Origin: Vicugna vicugna
Lineage: Eukaryota
Direction: 5' to 3'
Length of the DNA stretch: 64,000 bases
Assembly (NCBI GenBank): GCA_013265495.1
Contig: MU057744.1
Location: 2,245,370 to 2,309,369, forward strand
In this document: positions 11,152 through 23,580 of the stretch, piece by piece
Numbering within the stretch: position 1 is the stretch's first letter
How the letters are laid out: every line of letters begins with the position of its first letter
Program-made: the position numbers and the translations under genes
The notes under the pieces: model-generated
What the model was told of the DNA's origin: nothing
What the model saw: only the letters and a program-made list of their open reading frames with translations
The model's database searches: none

Positions 11152-12711
11152 AATAAAAATACGGCGCGGAGCGTGAACTGAGTGAGGGTGGGTGCACTGT
11201 GGGACTCTCGAGAGGTCTAAGGCCCGAGGCCCCCGCGTGACCTTATTATGCGCAGCCGGGGTGCTCACTTCCAGGTGAGGCAGAGCACGCTGGCAGGGGC
11301 TACCAACACTGTGGTATTGCTTCCAATGTTGTTTGTGTTCGCAAGTCCAAGGGCTCACCTGGAATTAATTATGTTTATACACACAAAAATAGTCAATCAG
11401 GATAACTTAGATTTTAACATTTTTGTTCCAATTATGTCACCATGATTAGAACCTTGTAAGATAAACGGAAGTTACTGTGGTATAAACAGAAATGTTTATC
11501 TTGGGACTTTATGATAAAACTGAAGAGAAAGTATTTTTAAATTATTGCTACTGGCATACCTATTCAGACATTTTAATAAATTCTCTAATATTCTGATATT
11601 AATATTTCAACCCAATCCTGTGTATTGGTCTGTTTAATTTTTCTACAGTTTCTTTTGTGATATGATTGTTGAAATATTTACTCCTTAGGTAAAATCATTA
11701 AAAAATTAAGTCCAAAAGAAGTGTCTCCTTAGTGTCTCATGATAGTCCCTGACATTTATTTTATTATATGTTAAATCTAAATTTCTATCATGTTTCCAGT
11801 CATCAAGTATCCTAACATATGTCTGATGTAGAGCTAGACTCTTACTTGATGAGGTAGTTTCCCACTGATGTACACCTTTAAAGATAAAAATAAGTCATGG
11901 GGAACACCCAGCAACTAAAAATCAACCCAAAAAGTTGTCTGAATACTGAATAATACGCTAAGCTAAACAAGAGTTAGAAAGCATGGCTCTGCTTGTTGAA
12001 GCAGAAATTAATCCTCCCCTTCATTTATTCCTTAGCCACTGTGAAATTCCAATTCTTTTTTTAAATTTTTTTATTTTTCAGTCGTCTCTTTTTGAGTTTT
12101 GTAGAAACCAAATAGGTCATCATAATCAAAGACCTCATTTTCATTAACAGCCTTCAGGAGCTTGACTCTGATTCTCCTCCGCCCGAGTCATCACAGTGCA
12201 AATCGGACAGTGACGAGCGAACAGGAGCAAGAGGAAAGAGACAGGAACCGCGCTCGCCCGCTGGAAACCCGCGGTTCCTGGGAGCCGTCCCGCGTTCCCC
12301 CTGAACCGTCCCAGTCACAACTTCCTTCCACACGGGAACTGAAGTCCTAGACGGTTCTCCCTTGAACCAAGGCGTCTCTTTACTCACCTGTTTCAGGCTG
12401 TTTCTTCTGATCCATTTAAGAAATGATTTTCTAGTAAGTTTTTCTGCCCTACCATGTCTCCTTAAAAATCCCTACACTGAATAATTAAATAAATACAGCT
12501 ACTGGCCGACCAAGAAGGAGAATGAACTCTTCTCTGTTTAAAAATATTAGCAATAATGTGCAACCAGTAAAATTGTATTTTCCCAATACCAAGTTTAAAA
12601 TATTTTTTCATCTCAAAAGATGATCTAAAGATAACCAAAATCTCCGTTAGACAGAATTAGGCATAGCTTTTATTTCTCCTTAAATAGACTATAGCTTCTC
12701 CTCTTCTATCC

Positions 12712-13193
12712 TGTAGGGTGGTGCAGCTTAGTCAGGAAGACAAACCAGATGGGATTATCAGAACGCAGAAACAAAAGACGGTCATCAAGGTGCAGCGGTG
12801 TGACTGTGGAGCAGAGCCCTAGGTCCTCCCGGAAGGGCACACACAGCAATCTGAAGCAGAGCTTGGAGTTCTTCCGCGGGACTCCCAGTGCAGGGTGGTG
12901 CAACGTGCTGACCGCAAGCATGCAGACCCCAGACTGGTAAGAACCAGAAGGCTGATGACTGAGATTCCAGAGACACCGATCAGAAGAAAGCCATGCATCT
13001 CGCAGCACACCCCCCCAAATGTTGCCTTTAAAAACACTTCCCTAAAAACCTTTGGGGAGTTTGGGTCCTCTGGGCATGAGTGGCCCACTCTGCTTGCTCG
13101 GCCCTGCAGAAAACCTTTCTCTGCTCCAGATCTGAAGGCCTGGTTTGTTTGACCTCACTGTGCGTCGGGCACAGGACCTTAGGTTCAACAACA
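12712..13193 (+). mobile_element. Solo ERV LTR (ERV1-like), older
   Basis: TGTAG...CAACA termini; TATA-like TTTAAAAA near 13027; degenerate polyA region GCAGAAAACCTTTCTCTGCTCC; U5-like GACCTCACTGTGCGTCGGGCAC. No clear TSD, so the left boundary is uncertain. Confidence 0.7.
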
Positions 13194-16100
13194 CTTACGC
13201 CCACAACACCGCTCCTCACAACTCCCGTGAAAAGACTGTCTTCACTTGGCTTCCAGGACACCGTGCTCTCCTGGGCTGTCGCTGTTGGCCGGGCTTGGCA
13301 GACTTCCCATCCACTCTAAACGCTCAGGTGTGTCAGAGCTCAGCCCTTGCATTTCTGGTCATTGTCCTTGCCCGGCTCTCACTCTCCTGGGGGTCATGTC
13401 TACACTCAGGGCTTTAAAGCACATTCTGTAAACTGACAGTCCCTGAAACATAGAACAGTTCTCAAAATTACTTGTTGAAAGCATGACTCTAAAAGTTTAG
13501 TCTCTTTCCTTGACACCTTCCAATTGAGCCCTTGCCAATCTGCAAACAGCTTCACAGATGGCTTATTTTATCCTCGTATCAAAGCTGTAACCTCCATGAT
13601 GAACATTTACATCTAGTGTATGTGTAAACAGTGTGCTAGGAAGAGCTAAGTGACTTGAAGGTGAGTCCTGATCTTAGTTCATTAGACAGTCCTAAGTCCG
13701 ATCATCTAAATCCGTGTTACTGCATAACTCAATGAAAACATAAATACTGAGAACTTTCTACTTCATGAAATTTGTAGAAAATCCTCCCGAACTTTTTGTC
13801 CGCTGGATGGTGATAAAAAAAAGAGTTCTACAAATACTCAGTTTTTCCTTTCTTTTCTCTCCGAGCATTTAAAATGGATTCACGAAGGATTATTGAGTGC
13901 TACCCCGAGTTAACGCTGGAGAGAGAATCTAAAATGCGTGCAACTTCTTCTTAGGAATTTTGCTGTGTCTCTTAAACAAACTGAAGGCATACGTCTAATG
14001 TTATTTTTTATTCATGATCATGCTCAAAATAACCAGTTATAATTTAAGTCTTTAGATTTGCAAGATCCTTTGGTTTTAAACCACTTGAACATGATCATTT
14101 GAATGCTCTTCCTAGAGAAAGGATGACCTGTTAACTTTTCATAGAAATGCACAGAAGCAGGCAATGAAAAAGGAACATAGCCAAGAAGACCTACTCGGGT
14201 CGGGATGAAGAAAGGATGGGGGTGAATCCAGTGTGACTTGGGAGCAGGTGTTACATATATCCAAATCCAGCGTCTCTGGAACAGCAATGCAGTGGTCCCT
14301 GGTTCCCTCTCCATGTATATTCCCATTCTTTTCATATTTCTTACATGTTTCTAGTCTCTCATGACTCAAGTCTTTCCCGGTTCTGAATACTTCTTTGACT
14401 CTGATTATAGGATATTTTCCAGAAATTATATGGTAAACACAGATACTAATAGGAGGTTCCCACTATTTTTAGGCAAAAGCTTGTGGCTCCCTTTTTTTGG
14501 ACACAAATCTTTGACCTTCCTTTAATTGCACTGATTGTCTTTATCCCTGCCTGCCTCCTTGGTATCCATTGTCTTGTCAGCCAGTGCCCTGCAGCTGTCC
14601 CATTTATATAATTCAGCCAATGTTCGGAGAGACAGAATTGTGAACACAATTGTTTCCAGCCCAAAATAGAAGCAAGTTGCACTGTGTCTTTCTGGGTAAT
14701 TTCCTCTGTGGCTTCCATTCAGATACCCTCACAAATGTTCTTGTCTCAGAAAAGACGCACTTCTTCCCTCTCTCACCCCGTCGCACTAACACGTATGTGA
14801 CCTCTGCACTTAGCAGAACTTTCACTTCAGTGCACTGATTCGAGTGCTGCATTCTATCCATCTGTATGTTATGGCCGCCACCTTTTAATGCTACCTCTAA
14901 AAGCAGACTGAAGAATTTGAACACTAGCAGGCAGCAAATTATACGGGAACTGTGTGATCCCACAGGTCAGACAGCGTATCTCGTTCACTCTCGTAATTCA
15001 AAGTCCTAGCAGAGTGCTTGGAGGTTGTCTGAGTAAATATCTGTGAGTTTTAAAATCCTGCCACCCTTATGAGCAGAAAGCACACCGCAGTCCCAGGCCT
15101 CTTTTTTCTTAATTTTCCTTTGTCTGCCCACCTCTCAGATGTCACTAGCAAGTTCTCACTATATCACCTAACCCTCCAGGATCTAGCAATGAGCTTTCCT
15201 CAGTATGTTACTAGCCAAGTTCGCGCCGTATACGTGGACTAGAATATACAAAGTGAAAACACATCACTGGCCTTGTAGGATTGTTGGGGGACATGTGACC
15301 TGCCAATCAGTTCAATGACAGAGACCAGTACCCGGCAGTTAGTAACTTCACCTGGTGGCAGCAGGACTCCTGTACATGCATTTAATCCTCCAGACAATTA
15401 CGGTGGGTAAAGAACTTGCCAAAGGTCCCAGAGCTATCAAATAATGCAGTGGAATTCCTTCCTCACGTGTATCGCCGTTCAGAACCTTCCCTCCTCCCTG
15501 CGAACTGTGATTCCGCAAAGCACGCTGCCTCTCCCGTGCCGTCGGAGAGCTTCATCCACGTGGATGCCGCGCGGCGGGACCCCAGGCCGGGCAGGGCACC
15601 TCGATCCAACAAGTTGCATTTAGAAAATACGTGCAGGACACCAGATTTCTCCAGGGGTTTGTAGAGACTCAGGACCGGTCTCTCTCCACGTGAAGGTGAG
15701 AACACCGAGACGAGCACAAACCGGGCTCTGGCACAGGACTGATGGCGGAAGCTTTGATGAAGGGCGTCTGCAGTGCCTTGAGGACCCTAAGGAGGGAAGA
15801 GCACGTGGCGTGGAGAATGCAGCTTGATGGGGGGCGGGGTGGAGACCCCGCCCTGTCCTTGCCAGGAGGGTCCAGTGTCTCCTTAGATGGGCGGGGACCA
15901 GCAGAGGTGACGGGAAGGAGCGAGAGACAGACACTCCAGACAGAAGGGAGAGGAGGAGGAGGGGCAGAAATGAGAAGTTTCCGAAGCTCTAAAGGAAGAG
16001 ATTGGCTGAGAGGCTGGGGAGAGTTTGTTCTCATACTGACAGCGAGAGAACTGGTGCTGTTTTGTGCTTCTCGTGAGCCCACTGCCCACACCTCCCAGGT

Positions 16101-16638
16101 GTTAACCGAGGCTGAACCCCAGGGAGCAGGGGTCACAGAGCAGGTTTAAGGGGGAGCCTGCCACTCTCTCAGGGATTTTCAAAAGTGAACTTGTAACGGT
16201 ACAGAGCAGAGAGCAGCTTTCAAGCCTGACTCTCGGCGCCATCTCGGTCTCACTGCTGCTGGGTAAGTTAAAGCATGTGGCGTTAAAACACTGTTCTCAG
16301 AGAACTGGGGTTCTCCGCTATGAATTCAGTTTTACGTCTGTTGCAACACCACGCTCACAAGGGAACTTGATAAACATTATTCTAATTTGAGAATCTTTAA
16401 CACCTACTCCTGTAAGAGACTTGGGAGCCTTGACTGATTCAGGACGGGGCTCGAGCTGGCTGCGGCGTCCTGGGCTGGTGGAGGCTCGCAGGCTCCCTGG
16501 CCCAGAGCCCCCCTGTAGCAGGGGCCTCGGCAGCCGGCGCCACGAGGTGCGGGCCTGAGGACTGCTGTGTGCGGAGCACGCCACAAGCCGCAGTGGGGTC
16601 CAGGCAGAAGAGTCGGCCAGATCCCACCCCGCAGGGAC

Positions 16639-16665
16639 TCGCCAGGGGGCGTCGCAGGGGGCGTG
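16639..16665 (+). promoter_or_regulatory. Tandem candidate CTCF core motifs
   Basis: TCGCCAGGGGGCGTC followed by GTCGCAGGGGGCGTG, resembling the CTCF core CCACCAGGGGGCGC; motif match only. Confidence 0.4.
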
Positions 16666-17006
16666 CAGCCGTGCCTCAGAAGGACCAGCCCGTCTTCTCC
16701 AGGACACGCGTCAGATCCCAGGCCTTCGGCCGGCACCTTCTCGCTCCCCTTTGGGGCTGCCCAGAGCCCAGAGCGATGAGTGCAGCCCTTCAAGGGTTCT
16801 AGTCAAATGAGTTTACCTAACGAGAAAACAAAGCACCCACGCTCACTCATTTCCTGAGGAGAAAGCAGCCTCACGCTACCCAGGCCTCCTCCTCGGAGGA
16901 CCGCGGCTTTCCCTTTAGCTCTTAATTCGTTGTAAGCTGCGGAGCGCTCATGAGTCCATTTTCTTCTTCTACAAATGTTTTCCTCCCCAAAAGCACAGTG
17001 TACGCT

Positions 17007-17142
17007 GGGAGGGTGTAGCTCAGGGGCAGAGCGCGTGCTGAGCATGCACGAGGTCCTGGGCTCAGTCCCCGGGGCCCCCGTGAAATAAACAAATAATGAG
17101 CAAACCCGATCACCTACCCCTCCCACAGAAGAGTAAATAAAA
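17007..17142 (+). mobile_element. Vic-1-type tRNA-derived SINE (camelid), GC-shifted copy
   Basis: GGGAGGGTGTAGCTCAG (A box)...GAGGTCCTGGGCTCAGTCCCC (degraded B box), then A-rich spacer, C-run and A-rich tail; homologous to copies at 32.2 kb and 41.2 kb. Confidence 0.9.
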
Positions 17143-17837
17143 GTGCGATGTTCGATCCTCCACGGTATTCGGGCTTCAGGTGGAAATGGCACAAACACAC
17201 ACCCGCACACTGGCCGGCAGCAAGCAGGACCAGCCATCCCGGGGACGGCCCCCACCCCCAGTCAGGTGTGCAGACGGGACTGCGGTTCCCTAGTCTGTGC
17301 TGTTGAGCCAGCGCTAATGCCACGCTGTAAACATGCTTCCCAGGCTCAGTAAAGAAAGTAGAAAGGAAATCACAAATTTTGTTCTGAATCCTCGACAGGG
17401 CCTTGGTTCACAGTTGTGGCTCACCCAAAAAGGCTGAGCAGCCCCGACATGACCCCCGAGAGACAGCGTGAGATGCAGAGGAAGGTGGGCGAGCTTCGCT
17501 GTGCAAGTTCTCACCAGGCATCCTGACCACGGTGGGGACGGCTTTTCAGGTTTTTGATGTTAAGAATCTGATTAAATTTCTCCAGAATGGAGAGTCTTAA
17601 AGGATTCACACATGGTAACAAAACCATAAGATGACTTGAGAAATAAAACTCCCATTCACTGCAGCTCATTAACCATCTGTTTCCAACTACACTACGTGTG
17701 TAAATACACCTTTGCAGGGTGTCAGGTAACCACCCATTGTGAGGCGACCTTGGATGTTCCTAATGCCTTATTACACATAGCCAGGTTGGGACAGTTATAC
17801 TAAAGTCCTGCATTAAAACCTGTTTATCAAAACTTCT

Positions 17838-18412
17838 CTCAATGTTCATAGCAGCACTATTTACAATACCTGAGACACAGAAACAACCTGAATGTCCATC
17901 GACAGATGACTGGATAAAGAAGTTCAGGTATATTTACACGATGGAATACTACTCAGCCATAAAAAGGGTAACCTAATGCCATTTGCAGCAACACTGATGG
18001 GCCTGGAGATCATTATTTAAATGAAGTAAGTTAGACGGAGAAAGACAAATACCGTATGATATCACTCATATGTGGAATTTAAACAAATGAGACAAATGAA
18101 CTTATTTGTGGAACAGAATCAGACTCACAGACATAGAGAACAGACTTATGGTTACTGGACCAGGGAAGGAGGTGGGAAGGGATAAATTGGGAGTTTGAAA
18201 TTTTCAGATACTATTATATATAAAATAGATAAACAACAAGGTCCTACTGTACAGCACAGGGAACTATATTTAATATCTTGTAGTAACCTATAATGAAAAA
18301 GAATATGAAAATGAATATATGTATGTATGTGTATGACTGAATCACTACACTGTACACCAGAAACTGACACAACAGCATAAACTGGCCGTACTTCAACAAG
18401 AAAGATAATAAT
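17838..18412 (+). mobile_element. LINE-1 3' end, 5'-truncated, with TSD
   Basis: AATGTTCATAGCAGCACTATTTACAATA...ATGGAATACTACTCAGCCATAAAA...; TSD AAAACTTCT at 17829-17837 and 18413-18421. Confidence 0.95.
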
Positions 18413-18429
18413 AAAACTTCTTAGTATGT

Positions 18430-18570
18430 CTTGACCTAATTTCCTCATCTGTTAGTTGCAAATAACCATGGTGTATGTTCCAGTGTAGATGTTGAGTGGA
18501 TTAAAAGATAGAATTCAGGCAAATATCTTGCTTATAAGACTGTGTGGAGCATATTCAGTGCATTTATTTG
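18430..18570 (+). mobile_element. MIR SINE fragment
   Basis: MIR core-like CCTAATTTCCTCATCTGT...GTTGAGTGGATTAAAAGATAG. Confidence 0.55.
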
Positions 18571-20304
18571 GAGACTGTTTCCTTGAGTCTCATCCTGTTA
18601 CATCATTTATAATCTTCCTTAATAAAGATTTACCAAGTTACCATCTCAATGAACATTTGCTAAGTGGATTAAGCTGCAGGTTCTGTCGGAGGCATGTGAA
18701 GGGGCGGTGGGAGTGAGTGGATTCCAGGTGGCTCTCCCTGCAGGGGCAGCACACTCTGGCCCCACTAGTGACAAGTGACAAGGACCCACGTGTCCGCTAG
18801 GAGGAGGCGCAGAGCACTGTGACAGCATGGAGAAACAAATTCCTAAAAACGTGCTCCTGCCATCTTCTTTGACTTGTATGTCAGCGCTTCTGAAATCCCA
18901 GCACACACAGTCACAGGACATCTCTTAAACTGTATTCTCTCTCTGTAGAAAACACTACGCGTGGAACATTCTCAGGGCAGCGAATCCAGAGGCCCGTGTG
19001 TTCCTTTGTTCCTTCTGGGTGACATTAATTTGCATCACAATGTGAACGTTCACTGTCTGCACAGTTACCATTTCTGCATCAGGAACCATCTTGCTGTGGA
19101 TCTGCAAACCCTGGGCTAAATAACCTTTACGACCTGCGTCAGTCGTCTGTTGCCATGATAGGTGTCAAATGGGTTCAAGCGAGGAAGACCATCCCGTGCA
19201 GCCATCTGCAAGCCTCTGCCTGAATCACGCTTGTTCGAGCTCCACTCACTGACACAAGCCTACCACAGCGCCGAGCCAGGGTGGGAAGGCGCCACAAACA
19301 CGCGTGCGGGAGGCGGGGCGGTAGGAAGGACCACCGAGCCGACACCCTCCTACACGTAGTGCTAAATTACGTCCTGCCTCAGGTGGGCTCTGAGCGACAT
19401 CTTGGCACAGATGTCCTAGGACGGCGGACCCGTGTATTCACACTCTTCAGCTGCTGCTCCTATTACAGCACAACGTAAAGTACGCCGTTCGGGGGGGCCA
19501 CGCGGTGTCATCCCACCTCTTCCTGGCTTGTGGAATCATTGCGTTGTTCATTAGGCTTTTAGCGCATTTGAGGTGAAATTTCTGGTGTGGTCCTGACTAC
19601 GATGGTGGAGCAGACACAAAGAGCTCGTTTCAAAGCTGAGGCTGGCACTCAGAAATGTCCAGTGAACCGCTGTCTGCACGGGGTCCTGCACAAAACAGCA
19701 GTAACAGTGTGACAGACTGTGGTGCGTCAGCTTCTGTGAAACACAGTTGTCTTCAGTTCTGCGACCCCCCTTTTAGCAGCCGTGACGTCTGATGTCTCAT
19801 GGTAAATTATAGGAAGACTAAGTTCATATAATAACAACTTTCCAGTGTTAGTATCCTTGTGTGAAGCGCTGCATATAGGACATGTAGCTCATTTCCTCAA
19901 AATGTTCTAAAAATTGTTCACTTGGGAACAAAATTTAAGCAGCTTACAGGCGTGTCCTCTCCTCCAATAGAACCTTTTGTCATCGCTTCACTGTTCAGGG
20001 AAGAAATCGACCCAGAGAACTGGCCCGAGGGTGACGATAGCACAAAGCTCTGCTCCGAGAGAGATTTGAGGAGCACTGACCCGATGCCCTTGGGCGTTCC
20101 CTCCTCACATTCTTCTCCAAATCAATTCGGCTGGTGCATCAAAGTCAAAAAGTTTGCCTCCAGCCATTGCTTCCTTACCTAAGGGTTTATCCCCTCAAGG
20201 GCACAGTCCTCCCGGCCAGGAGTGGCAGCAATTAAAGCTGACAAGGGGGGTGCGGAGGTGTCTCGGGCTCTGTCGTTGGGGTTCACTCCCTTTCCTCTAC
20301 ATGT

Positions 20305-20780
20305 ATTTTTTAACTGAAGTATAGTCAGTTACAGTGTGTCAATTTCCTGGTGTACTTCCTGCATTTAAACTGGCTTTTGGAGCAAGATAGGGGTGTGTAA
20401 TTAAGGGACATAAACAACCAAGTGTAAAACAAGTGTGCAGCAAGTGTACATCGTACAGCACAGGGAAATTTAGCCATTATTACTTTGCAATAACTTTAAA
20501 TGGAGCATAAACTATAAAAATACTGAATCACCATGTTGTACACCTGAAACTAATACAATATTGTAAATCAACTACATTGCCCCCCCAAAATAAACCTAAA
20601 ACTTAATTGGCTTTTCTCTAATATATAAAACCAAATAGAGTATCTCTAGCCTGTCATGGAAAAGAATATGAAAACGAACATATGTGTGGATACATATGAC
20701 TGAAGCATGATGCTGGACACCAGACATGGGCACAACACTGCATACTGACTATATTTCAGTAAAAAAGGAAGCAAAAAAAG
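20305..20780. mobile_element. Cluster of three short LINE-1 3'-end fragments (about 20305-20355 minus; about 20410-20590 and 20640-20780 plus)
   Basis: TTTAACTGAAGTATAGTCAGTTACAG; TACAGCACAGGGAAAT...GTACACCTGAAACTAATACAATATTGTAAATCAACTAC; GGAAAAGAATATGAAAACGAAC...ACTGACTATATTTCAG. Confidence 0.85.
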
Positions 20781-21159
20781 CCCCTACAAAACCAATAATG
20801 ACATGCAAAACCATGCAAAAACCGTTTCAAAAATACCAGTCATACAAAACCGGTGACCGTGGCTGGCCACTCCCGCTACACGACACACGTGTGTTTGGGG
20901 GGGAGTCTGCTCCTCCCACTCACAGACCTACGCTGACCACGCATGACATCTCGGTCCCACCGAAGAGAAAGAGAGGGCTGGAGGGGAGTCCTGTCAGTCA
21001 CCCTGAATCAGACACACGCGTCCTCCACTCATCTCACTGTCCAGCCCTCAGCACACGGCTCTGCCTGGCTTCAAGGGCGCGGGGGAAATGTGAGCTTCTG
21101 ACATCTGGAAATAGATGGGAGCCAAGTGTGGGAGGACACTGCTAATACTGACCACAAAC

Positions 21160-21450
21160 CCACGCAAGTCAAGAGCTTTAGACCTCATAGACCAAACTTT
21201 TAAGGTAAGTCAGCCAAACATACACAAGGATAAAGACATCTGAGTATTTTGAAACAAGATAAATCACTTAAAAAAAGTTACGTGAAAGCCTCAGGTCTGA
21301 GAAATTTCGTGACTGAAATAAAGAATGCAGCAAAGGAGATGAGTGGTAGGAGGAGACGGCTGGCTAGACTGATTAATTAATTACTGTGTTAGAAGACCAG
21401 TTTAAGGAGCGCTCCTGAAAAGTGGCACGGAAACTACATAGAGACCAAAA
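21160..21450 (+). mobile_element. Ancient L1/HAL1-like ORF1 (coiled-coil region) remnant
   Basis: ACTGAAATAAAGAATGCAGCAAAGGAGATGAGTGGTAGG...TTAGAAGACCAGTTTAAGGAGCGCTCCTGAAAAGTGGCACGGAAA resembles degraded L1M ORF1. Confidence 0.55.
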
Positions 21451-22699
21451 CAAAGGAGGCCTTGCTGAGGACTGGCCTTGTTATGAGGACAACAAAGACA
21501 TTGCTACCTCTAAGAAATCAGTAAGTTCGCTTAGGAGTTGTAAGTTATAAGCTATTACTCTAAGAGCTAAAATGTCACGTGCAGCTCTTAAACCAGCAGC
21601 ACGTGCGTTGATTTATCTGTGAGAGAGCAGAAGTGGAGGCGCGATGAAGTCAACATTAGTCACTGAGAATGTGAGTGGCGGAACTAAGTCTTAGAGCAAC
21701 GACAGACACAGTGACTGTCGGCAAGTGAGACTCAGCAGGTGAAGCACAGAGGTCCTCAGCTTCGTTTAAAAACCATGAGTGAACCAAGACAGGAAGGAGC
21801 AAAAAGACACAGATGCTGAATCAAGAGCGAAGCTGGAAGACTGGTGACCAGTGCTGATAAAATGACATAGAGGTGGACTTTGCCTTGCCGCAGAGCAGGA
21901 GATTTATGCCTTATGTCAGTGTCCCCCGAACTTCTCACACGCAGAGATGGGGCTCAGCTGTCAGGCTGACCAGACGCCATCAGACGCCACACTGTGCGCT
22001 GCTCGCTAAGGATGCCTCCCCGGTGCTTCCGCAGAGGCTCACGAACAGCGTGGCACAGGTGGGAGAGAGAAATTATCTACCGTGACCTGAACTCCACGGA
22101 CCCTCCCTCACCAGTGCTGAGCTGGCCACCGTCAGCACCGATTCCCAGGCTGCGGAGACCAGAGGCAGAGGCTGACACCCTGACGCCCGTGTCGGATGGA
22201 GGGGAGGGAACAGCTTTCCTTCACGAAGCGATGAGTGTGTTTCATCCCTTCGAGGTCTGCTCGTTCTGGATGTGGAAGGGCTGACCTTGCCGACAGTGAA
22301 CCGGCACCTGTCCGTAGAAGAGCTGCGTGTCTTGTTCACCCCACAGCGCCTCACACAATTCTGACTAAGGAGCTGATTTTATGAACAGATAAACGAGACA
22401 GCCGGCTGATACCTCTGGGATTCACTGGCCTTGCCCTGCCCCTGTCAGCAGGGAGCCGCTGAGCTGACTGCACCTGCAGTTTTTCCAAGGAGGTGGTGCT
22501 GGCCCACAACACACAGCGTAGGCGCTCAGCAAGCAGCCTCCTGATTCCTCTGAGCGACAGCAGGTTGCAAGTTAAGAGCACACGCTAAACTCACGGGCTA
22601 GAGCGTGTGCCGAGTTCATGGGTCCAGACGCTGAAAGTTAGATGCAGGAGTGACACGTCCCCCTATTATGTCTTGACCAGCTCATAAAATCTTCGCTTT

Positions 22700-23190
22700 T
22701 TATCCTACAAATTTGAGCTCAGTTTCAAGAAATAAAAATGCTTCCCCTGGGGATATACAGTAGTTGCACTGAACTGGAGGTGGTGACACTCCTTGGCCAT
22801 CCGACTGCTCCGGCCGCTGGACCACTAGGCGGAGAAGATGATGGCAGTGTTGGCGAGACTGTCAGCTCTGATGCCAAGGGGAAAGTGGGCGCCACTGAGC
22901 AGCGGGCGCCGAGCAAAGGCTGAGGGTGTCCTCAAAAACTCCTCCTGATAGCCCCATGTCCAGTGGACGCCAGCGGCAGCCCGGGAGCAGGACCACGACC
23001 GGCTGAGACCCTTCAAGAATAAAAAGCTGGGTTACTCCACAAAGTGAATCTCTTCACCGGCTGAGACACAGGCAGAAGCCCAGGGGGACGTGGACTGGGC
23101 CGTGGAGGGGTGAAGTCACAGACCCCAGTTGCCTTCTTCTTACCAGTGACAGAAACAAGAACTACAGTAACTGCTCACAGTTCTTCCCTT
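22700..23190 (+). mobile_element. ERVL/MaLR-class internal remnant (3' end of pol, dUTPase-like region)
   Basis: GCAGGACCACGACCGGCTGAGACCCTTCAAGAATAAAAAGCTGGGTTACTCCAC...GACTGGGCCGTGGAGGGG...ACCAGTGACAGAAACAAGAACTAC follows the ERVL-int 3' consensus as I recall it; no intact ORF; may extend upstream toward 21.5 kb. Confidence 0.7.
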
Positions 23191-23552
23191 GCTGTGACAC
23201 AAAAAGCGCTCTGCTCTAAAAATTGACACAATATTGTAAACTGACTATACTTCAATAAGAATGTGCATGCAAAACATACACACAAGTACTTTCATTCGCT
23301 TACACACTTCTGAGCACCTGCCGTGACTGGCAGTGATCCAGGCTCAGAGCAGAGTGGAAGCTCCCCTCTCCACACTCAGCTCCGGGGAGGCTGACGAGCT
23401 GTAACTGACCAGGCAGATGGGCACAAACTGTCAGGTCGTGACGCGCGCCGGCAAGGAACTGCGTGTGCTGCTTTGTGTCCCTGCTCGACTGTTCCTTACG
23501 TTGTTTCATTAGAAAACACTGAGGCTTTCAAGGAGTTGCTTTTTGATTTGAT

Positions 23553-23580
23553 ACACACTCACACACACACACACACACAC
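23553..23580 (+). repeat. (CA)n microsatellite
   Basis: Direct reading. Confidence 0.95.
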
